From positions 21,572 through 85,571 of the forward strand of contig JBBAWM010000002.1 of the NCBI GenBank assembly GCA_040397175.1: a stretch of 64,000 bases of DNA, read 5' to 3'. This stretch comes from Candidatus Limnocylindrus sp. (GTDB lineage: Bacteria > Chloroflexota > Limnocylindria > Limnocylindrales > Limnocylindraceae). The translations under genes were made by a program, and so were the position numbers. The notes beneath the pieces were generated by a model. That model was given only the letters and a program-made list of their open reading frames with translations, was not told where the DNA came from and did not search any database. Positions 39,464-49,725 of this stretch are shown in pieces; within the stretch, counting starts at the first letter, position 1; the number at the start of each line of letters is the position of its first letter.

Positions 39464-41011
39464 GTGACGCGATCGGTTAGCGAGATCGCTGCGGGCCTCG
39501 AACCCTCCCGTGGAGGTGTGGCACTACAGCCTGGAGCACGGCTGCACATCATTGGGGTTGGAGGCACTGCTGCACTCGCTGCAGCGCTCCACGCTAAAGC
39601 ACTCGGGCTGAGCGTCTCCGGTTACGACCAGGCGCTGGCAGGGGAGTCAGCGATGATTCTTTCGCACGCAGGGATTCCAGTTGGCTCATCTGCCAGCCCC
39701 GAGGTCCTGCGGTCCTGTGCGGCACTCAACGCCGAAAGCACGGTTGCCATCTCGAAGGCGATTACGAGTACCCAGCCGAATCATCCCGAAGTACTACTGG
39801 CACGAGAAGCGGGCGCACGAACCGTTTCTGTACAGCAGGTGATTGCTGATGCCGCCGCCACACGTGGCGGGCTCATGATCGGCGTTGCTGGTACGCATGG
39901 CAAAACAACCTCCACTGGATGGGTCCTTGATGCGCTCGTTCGTTCTGGGATGGACCTGTCAGCGTTTGTGGGCGGCCCACTCGATACAGGGCTCGGTACC
40001 CCTGCAGGCGCTCCCGTGCATATCGGATCTGGCCCTGGTTTCGTCGTCGAGGCTGATGAGTACGGTGGAAACTTCGACACTTACAACGTCGATCGCGCAC
40101 TGATCTTGAACGTGGATTGGGATCATCCTGATATCTTTGCTGACCGCCAGGCTGCCGTGGAAACGTTCGCACGATGGGCGGCCTATCCCGCAACGAACGG
40201 CGCTCTCTTCATCAACAGTGGCGATCAGGGTGGCGCTGAGCTCGCAGCACTGCTCGAGGCGGGAGAGAACCGCAACTTCTTCACCTTTGCAGCCTCAGCG
40301 ACGCCCGAAGTACCGCAGGCAGATGTGGTCGCGACGGTAGCGTCACGCGGGGCAGGCACTTTTTCAGTTTCCATCACGCACCTTTCTGACCGCGCCGCAC
40401 GTACAGCCCCAGCACTGCACGATCTTCTCAATCGTGAGCTGCCGATTGGGCTACTAGGTGCACACAACGCATCCAACGGCCTCGGCGTTGCCGTGCTTGC
40501 TGCAAGCGCTGGTGGCACCGCTGACGGGATTGCTGGATCACTCGCAACCTTTGGGGGTGTTGGTCGCCGCATGGAGGTCCGGTACGACCACAACTCCATT
40601 ACGGTGCTCGACGACTACGGTCATCACCCAACCGCCATTGACGCCACCATTGCGACAGTCCGTCAGCGGTATCCAGGCCGCACATTGGTTCTCGCCATTG
40701 AGCCGCTCACATACCACCGTACTGCTGCCCTGCTCGAAGGTCTTGCCCAGTCGTGCAGCGCCGCAGATAGGGTTGCAGTCGCACAGATCTTCGCCGTGCG
40801 CGACCTCGATACGACGATCGTATCGGCTACCAACCTTGCCGAACGCATCGCAGCCCTGGGCACACCGGCCACGGCACCAGGAACTGTCCTGGAGACAGCA
40901 GCAGCACTTCTTCCGAGCATTACGGCAGAGACAGTGGTCCTGGTGATGGGGGGCGGACGATCAACAGAGATCGCCGTTGCACTTGCTCAAGGCCTCGCAG
41001 CCGCGTCGTAG
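39464..41011 (+). CDS. Mur ligase family protein (MurC/Mpl-like UDP-N-acetylmuramate ligase)
   Basis: The product has the N-terminal motif HIIGVGGTAALAAAL, the ATP-site motif GVAGTHGKTTSTGW and the motif VVEADEYGGNF. Confidence 0.75.
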   Translation: MTRSVSEIAAGLEPSRGGVALQPGARLHIIGVGGTAALAAALHAKALGLSVSGYDQALAGESAMILSHAGIPVGSSASPEVLRSCAALNAESTVAISKAITSTQPNHPEVLLAREAGARTVSVQQVIADAAATRGGLMIGVAGTHGKTTSTGWVLDALVRSGMDLSAFVGGPLDTGLGTPAGAPVHIGSGPGFVVEADEYGGNFDTYNVDRALILNVDWDHPDIFADRQAAVETFARWAAYPATNGALFINSGDQGGAELAALLEAGENRNFFTFAASATPEVPQADVVATVASRGAGTFSVSITHLSDRAARTAPALHDLLNRELPIGLLGAHNASNGLGVAVLAASAGGTADGIAGSLATFGGVGRRMEVRYDHNSITVLDDYGHHPTAIDATIATVRQRYPGRTLVLAIEPLTYHRTAALLEGLAQSCSAADRVAVAQIFAVRDLDTTIVSATNLAERIAALGTPATAPGTVLETAAALLPSITAETVVLVMGGGRSTEIAVALAQGLAAAS

Positions 41012-41041
41012 CAGGTGCGCCGCGGGGCAGGGGATGGGGGC

Positions 41042-42652
41042 CTAGGCGCCTTCCGGTGAGCCGGCCGCAGCATCAGGGCCAGGTGGCGGCTGCGTAGCAG
41101 CCAGAGCGGCACGTTCCTTCGCCTGCACGCTCTCGGGTCGCGAGAAGAGGGGATGGCCGTCGGAGGTTAAGCAGCGACCCGTCGCCAGATCCCACTGCCA
41201 ACCATGGATGCTGCACGTCAGCGTCTCGCCGTCTGTCGTTCCGAAGCGGGTGAGGTCGGCCTTCATGTGCGGGCAGCGGCGCTGGATCTGCCAGCCGGTT
41301 AGGTCAAACGTCCCCTCGGTTGGGCCATTCTCAGCGTAGAAGCCCTCGGCGTACTGGATTCGGGCCGTCGAGAGGCACTTGAACCAGGTGTAGACGTAGT
41401 CGTTATAGGCACCTTTGCGCCACGCTGAGAAGCGAAGCGACAGGAAGAGGCTGTTGACCCAATCATCCGTTCGCGTGCGCACCAGGTGATCCAAGAGGTA
41501 GCGGGGGATCGTGAACCGGAAGTCCACCTCCCGGCCGTCATCCGCGAGGACGGACCGCTCTGGGAAATCGAGGAGGACAGCCTCGTCATCGGTCTGAATC
41601 TTGATCGCAGTGCCGATTCCATCACAGACGCGTGGGCCAAGGGCCATGAGTGGCTCTAGCCAGGCCTTCAGCTCGGGTACGAGGTTGCTTCGCGGGCCCG
41701 CCCACAATGCTTTCTCCGCTGCAATGACAGGAGCCATGTCGGCTGCGTATCTGCGCAAATACACTTCCTTATTGGCAAAGACATCTTGCACAGACAGATC
41801 ACCCTGCGCGTGCTGTACCTCGAATACACCCGCGTTGTTGAATTGGCCGACGCTCCCCGGGAGCATCAGAACGGCCGCCTGACCCTCAGCCTGCAGGCGC
41901 TCAACCATGAAGCGCTGGTCGGGGAAGATCGAATCATCGGCATCGTGCACGTCGTTCCAGCGGAAAAGCTCGTCATCGAGGAAGCAGGGGGGTCCCGCAG
42001 AGGGGATCACCACACGGGGGGAGATGATCTCCACGTAGCGAGCGGCGCGGGTGAACTGCGCGGCACGCTTCTTCTTTGCGAGTGCCTCGGCGGCCTTCGC
42101 CGGCATCTCGTAGACCATGGGGTACCAGATCGCACCGCTGAACTGCAGAAGGCAGATGTCAATCGCTCCCTGCACCAGGAGTCGGTCCGGGTCGGTTGGA
42201 CGGCTGTCGTTGAGGTTTAGCAGGCGCTCTACGCCGTCGTCGATGAGGAGCGCCGAATCACCAATGGGTCCGTCTGTGGGGGCCGTGAGGGCCTCTACGA
42301 CGATGCTGAGGCCACCGTGGCGCACAGGGACGCCGGACTGCGTTTCGATAAACGAATGAAAACCGAGCTCTTGGAGAGCCTCCTTGAGCTCCGGGAGCGG
42401 GTAGGCGGGGAGAATGACCACCGCGTCCTTGTTGCAGTAGGTCTTGAGCCATTTAGGGTCAAAGTGGTCCCGGTGCAGGTGGCTGATATAGAGGTAATCG
42501 GTGGCGCCGAGGGCGGCATGATCGAGCTTGTCGTTTCGTGGATATGGGAACCAGCCTGCGTAATACGCCGGATTAAACCAGGGGTCGCACAGGATCGAGC
42601 CGTGTGCGGTGTGGATCTTAACTCCGGCTTGGGCGATGAATTCAATCCGCAT
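41042..42652 (-). CDS. MBL-fold metallo-hydrolase fused to C-terminal Rieske [2Fe-2S] domain
   Basis: The N-terminus has the MBL motif YISHLHRDHFD. The C-terminus has the Rieske ligands CPHMKAD...CSIHGWQWD. Confidence 0.7.
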   Translation of the reverse strand: MRIEFIAQAGVKIHTAHGSILCDPWFNPAYYAGWFPYPRNDKLDHAALGATDYLYISHLHRDHFDPKWLKTYCNKDAVVILPAYPLPELKEALQELGFHSFIETQSGVPVRHGGLSIVVEALTAPTDGPIGDSALLIDDGVERLLNLNDSRPTDPDRLLVQGAIDICLLQFSGAIWYPMVYEMPAKAAEALAKKKRAAQFTRAARYVEIISPRVVIPSAGPPCFLDDELFRWNDVHDADDSIFPDQRFMVERLQAEGQAAVLMLPGSVGQFNNAGVFEVQHAQGDLSVQDVFANKEVYLRRYAADMAPVIAAEKALWAGPRSNLVPELKAWLEPLMALGPRVCDGIGTAIKIQTDDEAVLLDFPERSVLADDGREVDFRFTIPRYLLDHLVRTRTDDWVNSLFLSLRFSAWRKGAYNDYVYTWFKCLSTARIQYAEGFYAENGPTEGTFDLTGWQIQRRCPHMKADLTRFGTTDGETLTCSIHGWQWDLATGRCLTSDGHPLFSRPESVQAKERAALAATQPPPGPDAAAGSPEGA

Positions 42653-42798
42653 GGGGGGAGGATAGCGATGATTCGTGCTCGCCGCCCAGGTCCCTTTGTC
42701 ACATAACTATCATTATCGGAACCAAGAGCGGAAGAACCCCAGCACGGAGCCGCCTCGTGTAACTGTCCCCCTGCAGGTGCTCGGGTTCGGTTTCCGGG

Positions 42799-44085
42799 TT
42801 AGAGCAGCTTCGCTGTCGAGTTGCGCTTCAGCCGTTTCAGTTCGCTGGCCATCTCAGGTGTGGCAAAACCTGTGACATGGAGCGCGTCCTCGTCGTAGGC
42901 CACTTGGATGCCGCCTCGGGCGCGAATCGCCTCAACCTCCCCCACCGCGGTGTATGGGAGGCGGAGGTCGACAGGGGTCCCTTGGCGCTGAAGCGCCTCT
43001 TCAAGGGCGCTGCGGAGCGGGCCAAGGCCGATGCCCGTCGCCGCCGAGACGCCGAGCACCGCGGGGTCGATTTCACGCGCATGCATCTGCGCTGCGTCGA
43101 TCTTGTTGGCGGCAATGATGCGCGGCTTCTCAGCGGCACCGAGTTCGTCGAGAACTGCCTGCACGGTGGCGCGATGCTCCAAGGCGTGATGGTCGGAGGC
43201 GTCGACAACTTCTAGGAGTAGGTCTGCACGGGAGACCTCCTCGAGGGTGGCGCGGAATGCGTCGACGAGCTGGTGTGGCAGCTTATGAATGAACCCGACC
43301 GTATCCGTCACGATGGCGGTGAGGCCACCGGGGAGACGCACCTTCCGGCTCGTTGGATCGAGCGTCGCGAAGAGGCGATCTTCGGCCAGCACCACGCTGC
43401 TGCCAACGAGACTATTCAACAGCGTTGATTTACCGGCGTTCGTGTAGCCAACAATGGCAACGGTCGGCTCGCCGCGTGTGGTGCGGCTCTTTGCGCCCGT
43501 CTCGCGGCTGCGGCGAACCTGATCGACGCGCGCCTTCATTACCGAGATGCGATCGCGGATCAGTCGGCGGTCAGTTTCAAGCTGCGACTCACCGGGGCCG
43601 CGTGTGCCGATGCCGCCGCCCGTACGCGAAAGGTGTGTCCAGAGCTTTGTCAGTCGTGGCAGCTGATATTCCAGCTGTGCCAGTTCTACTTGCAATCGAC
43701 CCTCACGCGTTCTGGCATGCAGGGCGAAGATGTCGAGGATGAGTCGGCTTCGGTCAATGACCTTCACGCCGAGTACCTCTTCGAGACCGCGCTGCTGTGT
43801 TGGCGAAAGCTCATCATCGGCGATGAGTACGGTGAAGCCCGTCTCGACCTTTGCGGCAAGTAGTTCCTGGGCTTTGCCGGCGCCGATGTAGGTGTCGGGA
43901 TCGGGGTGCCGTCGCTGCTGCCACTCAGCGCCAACGACTTCAGCACCCGCCGTACGAGCGAGGCTCGCTAATTCTTGAAGGCTATCCTCAGCTGGCCAGC
44001 CCACGTCGCTACCAGTGTCGACTGCGATGAGAAAGGCGCGCTCTGGCGCGGGCGTCAGGTCAATCGGTGCGGTTTTCTTCGTCAC
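42799..44085 (-). CDS. hflX: GTPase HflX (GTG 44085; ORF opens at 44499)
   Basis: The product has VAIVGYTNAGKSTLLNSL, DTVGF and NKID. Its N-terminus is ERAFLIAVDTG. Confidence 0.85.
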   Translation of the reverse strand: MTKKTAPIDLTPAPERAFLIAVDTGSDVGWPAEDSLQELASLARTAGAEVVGAEWQQRRHPDPDTYIGAGKAQELLAAKVETGFTVLIADDELSPTQQRGLEEVLGVKVIDRSRLILDIFALHARTREGRLQVELAQLEYQLPRLTKLWTHLSRTGGGIGTRGPGESQLETDRRLIRDRISVMKARVDQVRRSRETGAKSRTTRGEPTVAIVGYTNAGKSTLLNSLVGSSVVLAEDRLFATLDPTSRKVRLPGGLTAIVTDTVGFIHKLPHQLVDAFRATLEEVSRADLLLEVVDASDHHALEHRATVQAVLDELGAAEKPRIIAANKIDAAQMHAREIDPAVLGVSAATGIGLGPLRSALEEALQRQGTPVDLRLPYTAVGEVEAIRARGGIQVAYDEDALHVTGFATPEMASELKRLKRNSTAKLL

Positions 44086-44092
44086 TGTCCCT

Positions 44093-45064
44093 CTAGCGTA
44101 CCGCGATCCGCAGCGCGTGCGGTAGGAGGTTCTGAGCAATCTCTGCTGCTGGACGCCCCCCCGTTGGGATCGTCTCAAACAGATCCTCACCGCGGTACCA
44201 GGTACGTTGTCGGCGGGCATAGGCCCACGTTCGTGTTGCTGCAGTGCCAATGGCTCGCTCGCGGTCCATCGTCTGGTCAAGATACGCCTGTGCTTCGCGA
44301 TAGCCGATCCCCGAGAGCGCTGGGGTTTCAGCGGGAAGTCGCGCAGCAAGCCGCTCGGTCTCCTGTACGAGACCACCATCAAACTGCGCCCGAACACGCG
44401 CTGCAATGGCGGCACGGTGTCGCTCAAAATCGGTGTCATCAATCTGCACGTACGCCGTTGCCGCAGCCCACGGGTTCTCCTCTTCGGCGAGCGGGTCACC
44501 GCCGAGGCGCACGATCTCCAGTGTTCGAATCAGACGCCGAGCACTCGCGGTAGCAACGGCATCTGCCGCCGCCGGATTCCGTTCACGGAGCTCCTTATCG
44601 AGCGGTTCGCGACCCACATTCGAGTACTGCAGTTCAAGCTGCTCACGAATCAGGGGGTTACTTGGCCGTGCTCCGCCCGAGAGGAAGCCCCTCAGCAGGC
44701 CACGCTGATAGAGACCGGTGCCGCCAACCACGATGGCGATCCCCACTCCCCCGCTTGCCTGAGCGTGGCCAGCGATGGCGGCGCGTGCGGCGTCAAGCCA
44801 GTCGTACAGGGTGAATGCATCGCTTGCCTCGGCAATGTCGATGCAGGCATGCGGCCGAACGGCGCGAATCTCGGTGCTGATCTTGTCAGTGCCGATGTCG
44901 AAGCCGCGAAACACTTGGCGCGAGTCTGCCGATACCAAAATCGAACTTACCCCTGCAGCGTCAAGGGCGTCCGCCAGCGCAAGTGCGGCGGCGCTCTTCC
45001 CTACCGCGGTAGGACCACCGATCGCGAGGATCGGTAGGGTCGGCATGCTATCGGGCGTAATCAA
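44093..45064 (-). CDS. miaA: tRNA dimethylallyltransferase
   Basis: The product has ILAIGGPTAVGKSAAALALA. Confidence 0.9.
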   Translation of the reverse strand: MITPDSMPTLPILAIGGPTAVGKSAAALALADALDAAGVSSILVSADSRQVFRGFDIGTDKISTEIRAVRPHACIDIAEASDAFTLYDWLDAARAAIAGHAQASGGVGIAIVVGGTGLYQRGLLRGFLSGGARPSNPLIREQLELQYSNVGREPLDKELRERNPAAADAVATASARRLIRTLEIVRLGGDPLAEEENPWAAATAYVQIDDTDFERHRAAIAARVRAQFDGGLVQETERLAARLPAETPALSGIGYREAQAYLDQTMDRERAIGTAATRTWAYARRQRTWYRGEDLFETIPTGGRPAAEIAQNLLPHALRIAVR

Positions 45065-46574
45065 CCGCCCGTGTCTCGCGAATCACCGTGACACGAATCT
45101 GACCCGGATAGGCAAGCTGCTCTTCAATGCGCTTGACTACTTCGTGGGCAATCGTGCGCGCCTGCTCGTCGGTTACCTGATCAGGGCGAACCAAGATGCG
45201 TACCTCTCGGCCAGCCTGCACGGCATAGACTTTCTCAACGCCGTCGAATCCGAGTGCGATCTGCTGTAGGTCTTCAAGGCGGCGGAGATGGGCCTCGCCT
45301 TGATCGCCACGTGCGCCAGGTCGTGCGGCGCTGATCGCATCCGCCACCTGCACAATCGGGGCCTCACGCGCGGTGCACTCCACCTCCTGATGGTGCGCAG
45401 CAATCGAATTGACGATCCCCTCTGGCATACCATGACGACGCGCCAGGTCGGCGCCGATCGCAGCGTGCGTGCCTTCAATCTCGTGGTCAAGCGCCTTGCC
45501 AATGTCATGAAGGAGGCCACCAACCTTTGCGGCGCGAATATCCATGCCGAGCTCGCCAGCGACGGCCCCCGCAACTTGCGCCGTTTCAATGGAGTGCAGC
45601 AAGACGTTCTGACCGAACGAGGTGCGCCACGCTAACCGACCTAAGATGCGCAATAGTTCTGTCGGAACACCGGTCACACCAACCTTGAGTGCGGCGGCTT
45701 CGCCGTTCTTCAGCGAGTCGGCATCAACCTCACCCTGGGCCTTCGCAACGATCTCTTCGATGCGAATCGGATGAATTCGACCATCCTGCATGAGGCGCTC
45801 AAGGGCAACGCGTGCCACTTGGCGACGAACTGGGTCAAATGACGAAAGCGTCACCTGCAGCGGGGTCTCATCGATGAGAAGTTCCACGCCAGTCGCCGCT
45901 TCAAGGGCGCGAATGTTGCGCCCCTCGCGACCGATCAGTCGGCCCTTCATCTCGTCGCTCGTGAGCTTCACGTGGGTCACGGAGTGCTCAGCACTGTGGT
46001 CCGCTGCAACGCGCTGCATCGCCGTCAGGATCATGTCGCGTGCTCGGTCGGCCGCATCTTCTTGGGCACGTCGCTCCAGGGTTGCCTGCAGTCGCTTCGC
46101 CTCGCGCTCAGCCTCTTCGGTGAAGCGCGAGAGAACTTCGGTCCGAGCGGCCTCGGGGTCGAGCCCGGCGACCTCTGCAAGGCGCGTATTGACGTTTGCG
46201 CGGGCCACATCAAGGGCAACAGACTCATCAACGAGGGTGCGCTCGCGCTCAGCGATCGCGACCTCTCGACCGGCAAAAAAGCTCTCGCGCTCACCAAGGG
46301 TGACTTCGCGAAGGCGAAGGCGCTCACCCTCTGCTGTCGCCGCCTCACGGTCGGCCTGTTGGGCGAGTTCGGCCTCAGCTCGCAGGCGTGAGATCTCTCC
46401 CTTGGCGCCGATCACCAGGGAGCTCTGCTGCTGACGCGCCTCTTCGAGGATGGCGGCAGCTCGTCGGTTTGCGGCACGGATGGCGGCGGCGGCGATCACG
46501 CTTCGTAGCGCGAGCCCGGCTCCTACGCCGAATAGGGCGAACAACACGGGGGCGATCCCGTTCAATTCAGGCAT
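45048..46574 (-). CDS. rny: ribonuclease Y (ATG 46574; ORF opens at 46682)
   Basis: The product has an N-terminal TM segment, a coiled coil, KH (GRLIGREGRNIRALE) and HD (LLHDIGKALDHE) domains. Confidence 0.85.
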   Translation of the reverse strand: MPELNGIAPVLFALFGVGAGLALRSVIAAAAIRAANRRAAAILEEARQQQSSLVIGAKGEISRLRAEAELAQQADREAATAEGERLRLREVTLGERESFFAGREVAIAERERTLVDESVALDVARANVNTRLAEVAGLDPEAARTEVLSRFTEEAEREAKRLQATLERRAQEDAADRARDMILTAMQRVAADHSAEHSVTHVKLTSDEMKGRLIGREGRNIRALEAATGVELLIDETPLQVTLSSFDPVRRQVARVALERLMQDGRIHPIRIEEIVAKAQGEVDADSLKNGEAAALKVGVTGVPTELLRILGRLAWRTSFGQNVLLHSIETAQVAGAVAGELGMDIRAAKVGGLLHDIGKALDHEIEGTHAAIGADLARRHGMPEGIVNSIAAHHQEVECTAREAPIVQVADAISAARPGARGDQGEAHLRRLEDLQQIALGFDGVEKVYAVQAGREVRILVRPDQVTDEQARTIAHEVVKRIEEQLAYPGQIRVTVIRETRAVDYAR

Positions 46575-46708
46575 AACGCTCTCCTGCCAGGCTGGCCCCG
46601 CGGCCTGGCTCGCGGTAAATAGGTCAAATGCCCAGCGAAAGGCTGGAGAGGAGAGGCTACGCCTACCCGCCAGATCGGTCAAACGCCCGGGGCGCTGAGC
46701 GTGGCGGG

Positions 46709-47317
46709 CTACTCCTCTTCGGTGCCCCCCTCGGTCACTGGGGTCCGGGTTTCAGACTCGACACGCTCCCGGGCGAGGCGCCAAGAGAGGGCGCTCGGGA
46801 AACCCCGTCGGGCAAGCCCCTGGGCCAGTCGCTGGACCTCGGCGCGGGCATCGCCGCCACGTAGGCGCAACTTGGCCAGGGCGGCGCGTGCGGCGCGCTC
46901 CTCGGCCCCCTCCGCGTGCTCGTCAACGACGCGCAGAGTCGCCCCCCAGACCTGCTCCGTACTCTGCGCCTCCCCCGCTGCGCGCTGTGCCAAGAGTCGC
47001 TGCGCGAGCTCGTCGTCAATGCCGCGTCGTTTCAGTTCCTGCAGGAGCGCACGATCACCACGCTGTCGCGATCGGTCACGCGAATCGAGAAGCGCCTGCC
47101 CGAACCGCTCGTCATCAACCAGGCCGATCTCGACGAGACGGGCAACTGCTGTGCGCACATGTTCTTCCGGGTATCCGGCGGCGATCAGGCGCTCCTCAAG
47201 ACTCTTGCGCGAGCGCGGTGCGCCGCTGAGCGAGCGTGCAGCTGCCTCCAATACATCGGAGGCCTCTGCCGCTGCTCGGCGGGCTTTCTGCGCTTCAGGG
47301 TCGCGGCGACGCGCCAC
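46709..47317 (-). CDS. recX: recombination regulator RecX
   Basis: The product has a three-helical repeat fold with LAQRLLAQRAAGE, and lies immediately downstream of recA. Confidence 0.8.
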   Translation of the reverse strand: MARRRDPEAQKARRAAAEASDVLEAAARSLSGAPRSRKSLEERLIAAGYPEEHVRTAVARLVEIGLVDDERFGQALLDSRDRSRQRGDRALLQELKRRGIDDELAQRLLAQRAAGEAQSTEQVWGATLRVVDEHAEGAEERAARAALAKLRLRGGDARAEVQRLAQGLARRGFPSALSWRLARERVESETRTPVTEGGTEEE

Positions 47318-47326
47318 GACGCACCG

Positions 47327-48409
47327 TTACTCCGCTTCGGGAGCGACGGCGGCGGGAATCTCAAGCGTTGTGGAGACTGCGCGAAGCTTCGCGTCGATCT
47401 CGGCAGCAACTTCAGGATTCGCCTTGAGGAACTCCTTTGACTGCTCTCGGCCTTGGCCGAGGCGCACGTCGCCATAGTTAAACCAGGCGCCAGTCTTGGA
47501 GATCACATCGGCTGCAACGCCAACGTCAAGCAGGCCGCCCGCCATGCTGATCCCTTCGCCATACATGATGTCGAACTCAGCGATGCGGAATGGGGCGGCC
47601 ACCTTGTTCTTCACCACCTTCACGCGAACGCGAGAGCCGACTGCTTCCGTAGCGTTCTTAATGGTTTCGATCCGTCGAATGTCGAGTCGCACTGAAGCGT
47701 AGAACTTCAACGCACGACCGCCCGGGGTCGTTTCTGGGCTGCCATACATGACGCCGATCTTCTCGCGCAGCTGGTTGGTGAAGAGGAGCACCGTGTTCGA
47801 ACGGGCCACTGCACCGGTCAACTTGCGAAGCGCTTGGCTCATGAGGCGTGCCTGGATTCCGACGAACGAATCGCCCATCTCGCCCTCGATTTCGGCGCGT
47901 GGCACGAGTGCCGCAACCGAGTCGACGACAACGATGTCGACGCCGCCGGAACGAATCAGGGTTTCGGCAATTTCAAGCGCCTGCTCGCCGGTATCTGGCT
48001 GGCTGACCAGCAGCTCGTTGACGTTCACACCAGTCTGCGCGGCATACGCCGAATCAAGGGCATGTTCAACGTCAATAAATGCAGCCACCCCGCCGCGGCG
48101 TTGTGCCTCAGCGATGATGTGCTGGGCGATGGTGGTTTTACCCGACGATTCTGGCCCGAAGATTTCGCTGATGCGACCCTTTGGTAGCCCGCCAACGCCA
48201 AGGGCGATGTCGAGTGAGATCGCTCCGGTCGGGATCGAATCAATCGCGAGACGTTCGCGGGAGCCGAGCTTCATGATCGCGCCGCGACCGAACTGCTTCT
48301 CGATGGTGAGGATTGCCGCGTCTACTGCGCGGGTACGCTCAGTGGAGGGCTTCCCCTCCTCCTTTGGCTCGACGGCTGCGCTCTTCTTGGATTCGCTCTT
48401 CTCTGCCAT
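47327..48409 (-). CDS. recA: recombinase RecA
   Basis: The product has [16 protein letters not shown] and the motif region [19 protein letters not shown]. Confidence 0.95.
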   Translation of the reverse strand: MAEKSESKKSAAVEPKEEGKPSTERTRAVDAAILTIEKQFGRGAIMKLGSRERLAIDSIPTGAISLDIALGVGGLPKGRISEIFGPESSGKTTIAQHIIAEAQRRGGVAAFIDVEHALDSAYAAQTGVNVNELLVSQPDTGEQALEIAETLIRSGGVDIVVVDSVAALVPRAEIEGEMGDSFVGIQARLMSQALRKLTGAVARSNTVLLFTNQLREKIGVMYGSPETTPGGRALKFYASVRLDIRRIETIKNATEAVGSRVRVKVVKNKVAAPFRIAEFDIMYGEGISMAGGLLDVGVAADVISKTGAWFNYGDVRLGQGREQSKEFLKANPEVAAEIDAKLRAVSTTLEIPAAVAPEAE

Positions 48410-48412
48410 GGG

Positions 48413-49567
48413 TCACTCCTTATCTTCCGACGCTACAGCCCTCTTCTGCTGAGCTCCTCGTAGTCTGCCTGCCGCGGCGTACCGCGGCTGCATCGCACCG
48501 CGCTCTGGCACGGCGCCCGGCTCATCGCCGGCTCCAAGTCGGGGGGTCCCCGGCCCCCCAGCCGCAGCCCGAAGGCGCGGCAGTTCAGCGGCGAGTGTAC
48601 CCGACGCGATGGCTCTCCGAACCTCCCCCATGAAGGCGCTCATGTGGCGCAGGTTGTGGATCGTGAGGAGGCGGTAGGCCAGCAGCTCTTCGGCGCGGAA
48701 AAGGTGCGCCAGGTAGGCGCGGCTGAAGCGCCGACAGGTGCTGCAATCGCACTGGGCATCGACGGGCTCCTCCTCATCCAGGTGTCGGGCGTTGCGCAGA
48801 TTGAGGCGCCCCCCGGTAACCCAGGCCTGACCATTGCGGGCCACCCGAGCGGGGAGAACTGAGTCAAAGAGGTCAACACCACGGAGTACCGCCTCGAGCA
48901 GGTCGATCGGTGAGCCGAGGCCCATCAGGTAGCGAACGCGTGTATCCCCTTCCAGCGCAGCAATTGTCGCGTCGATCGCGGTGTTGCGCTGCTCTGGGGT
49001 TTCGTCCCCCGCCAGGCCACCGAGATTGATCCCGTCGAATGGCAGTGAGCGGATGTAGGTGGCAGATTCAGCACGCAGATCTGGGTTGATGCCACCCTGC
49101 GCTATACCGAAGAGCGCCTGGCCTGTTCGGTTGTGCGCGCGCAACGAGCGGACTGCCCAGCGATGCGTGCGATCCATGGCACGGCGTACCTCACGGTCGG
49201 TACTCCCCTCTGGCATCACCGGCTGATCAAAGGCAACGGCAATGTCAGGCCCGAGGGCCTGCTGCACCTCAATAGATCGCTCAGGCGTAAAGAGGTGCAT
49301 CGAACCGTCGAGATGACTGCTGAACCTTGCGCCCTCTTCGTTGATGCGCATCAGCGGCCCAAGGGAGACCACCTGAAATCCACCAGAGTCGGTCAGGATT
49401 GGTCGATTCCATTGCATGAACTCATGAAGGCCACCAAATCGTTGCACACGTTCATGACCTGGCCGCAGGTAGAGGTGATAGGTATTTGCAAGAATGATTT
49501 GTGCGCCAAGCGCCTTCAAATCATCTGGATCGAGTGACTTGACCGTGGCGTTCGTGCCGACGGGCAT
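48413..49567 (-). CDS. tgt: queuine tRNA-ribosyltransferase (annotated ATG start truncates a conserved N-terminus; see findings)
   Basis: The product has MPVGTNATVK, the zinc site CDCSTCRRFSRAYLAHL, and LGGLAGDE. Confidence 0.85.
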   Translation of the reverse strand: MPVGTNATVKSLDPDDLKALGAQIILANTYHLYLRPGHERVQRFGGLHEFMQWNRPILTDSGGFQVVSLGPLMRINEEGARFSSHLDGSMHLFTPERSIEVQQALGPDIAVAFDQPVMPEGSTDREVRRAMDRTHRWAVRSLRAHNRTGQALFGIAQGGINPDLRAESATYIRSLPFDGINLGGLAGDETPEQRNTAIDATIAALEGDTRVRYLMGLGSPIDLLEAVLRGVDLFDSVLPARVARNGQAWVTGGRLNLRNARHLDEEEPVDAQCDCSTCRRFSRAYLAHLFRAEELLAYRLLTIHNLRHMSAFMGEVRRAIASGTLAAELPRLRAAAGGPGTPRLGAGDEPGAVPERGAMQPRYAAAGRLRGAQQKRAVASEDKE

Positions 49568-49725
49568 GAAGTCTGGTGTCTGTACGACACCGTGCCCGAG
49601 GCGCAGTTCACCCGTTCGCGCACGCGACGACGTGTCGCGGGCGGTTATCGTGAATTGCGCAGCCCCACCGGCACGCGCTGGCAGCGTGGCCGGATCAGAG
49701 AGCGCAGCGAATTGTTCTGAACGGT

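Noticed and set aside
42740-42798. A GGTTCGG/TTCCGG motif resembling a tRNA T-arm downstream of hflX.
   Set aside because: There is no acceptor stem, anticodon arm or GTTCRANYC consensus, and the segment is too short for a tRNA. It is at most a weak hairpin.
42799-44499. A 566-aa HflX with an ~137-aa N-terminal extension.
   Set aside because: The extension is Arg-rich nonsense overlapping miaA. The conserved HflX N-domain starts at GTG 44085, giving a normal 429-aa protein.
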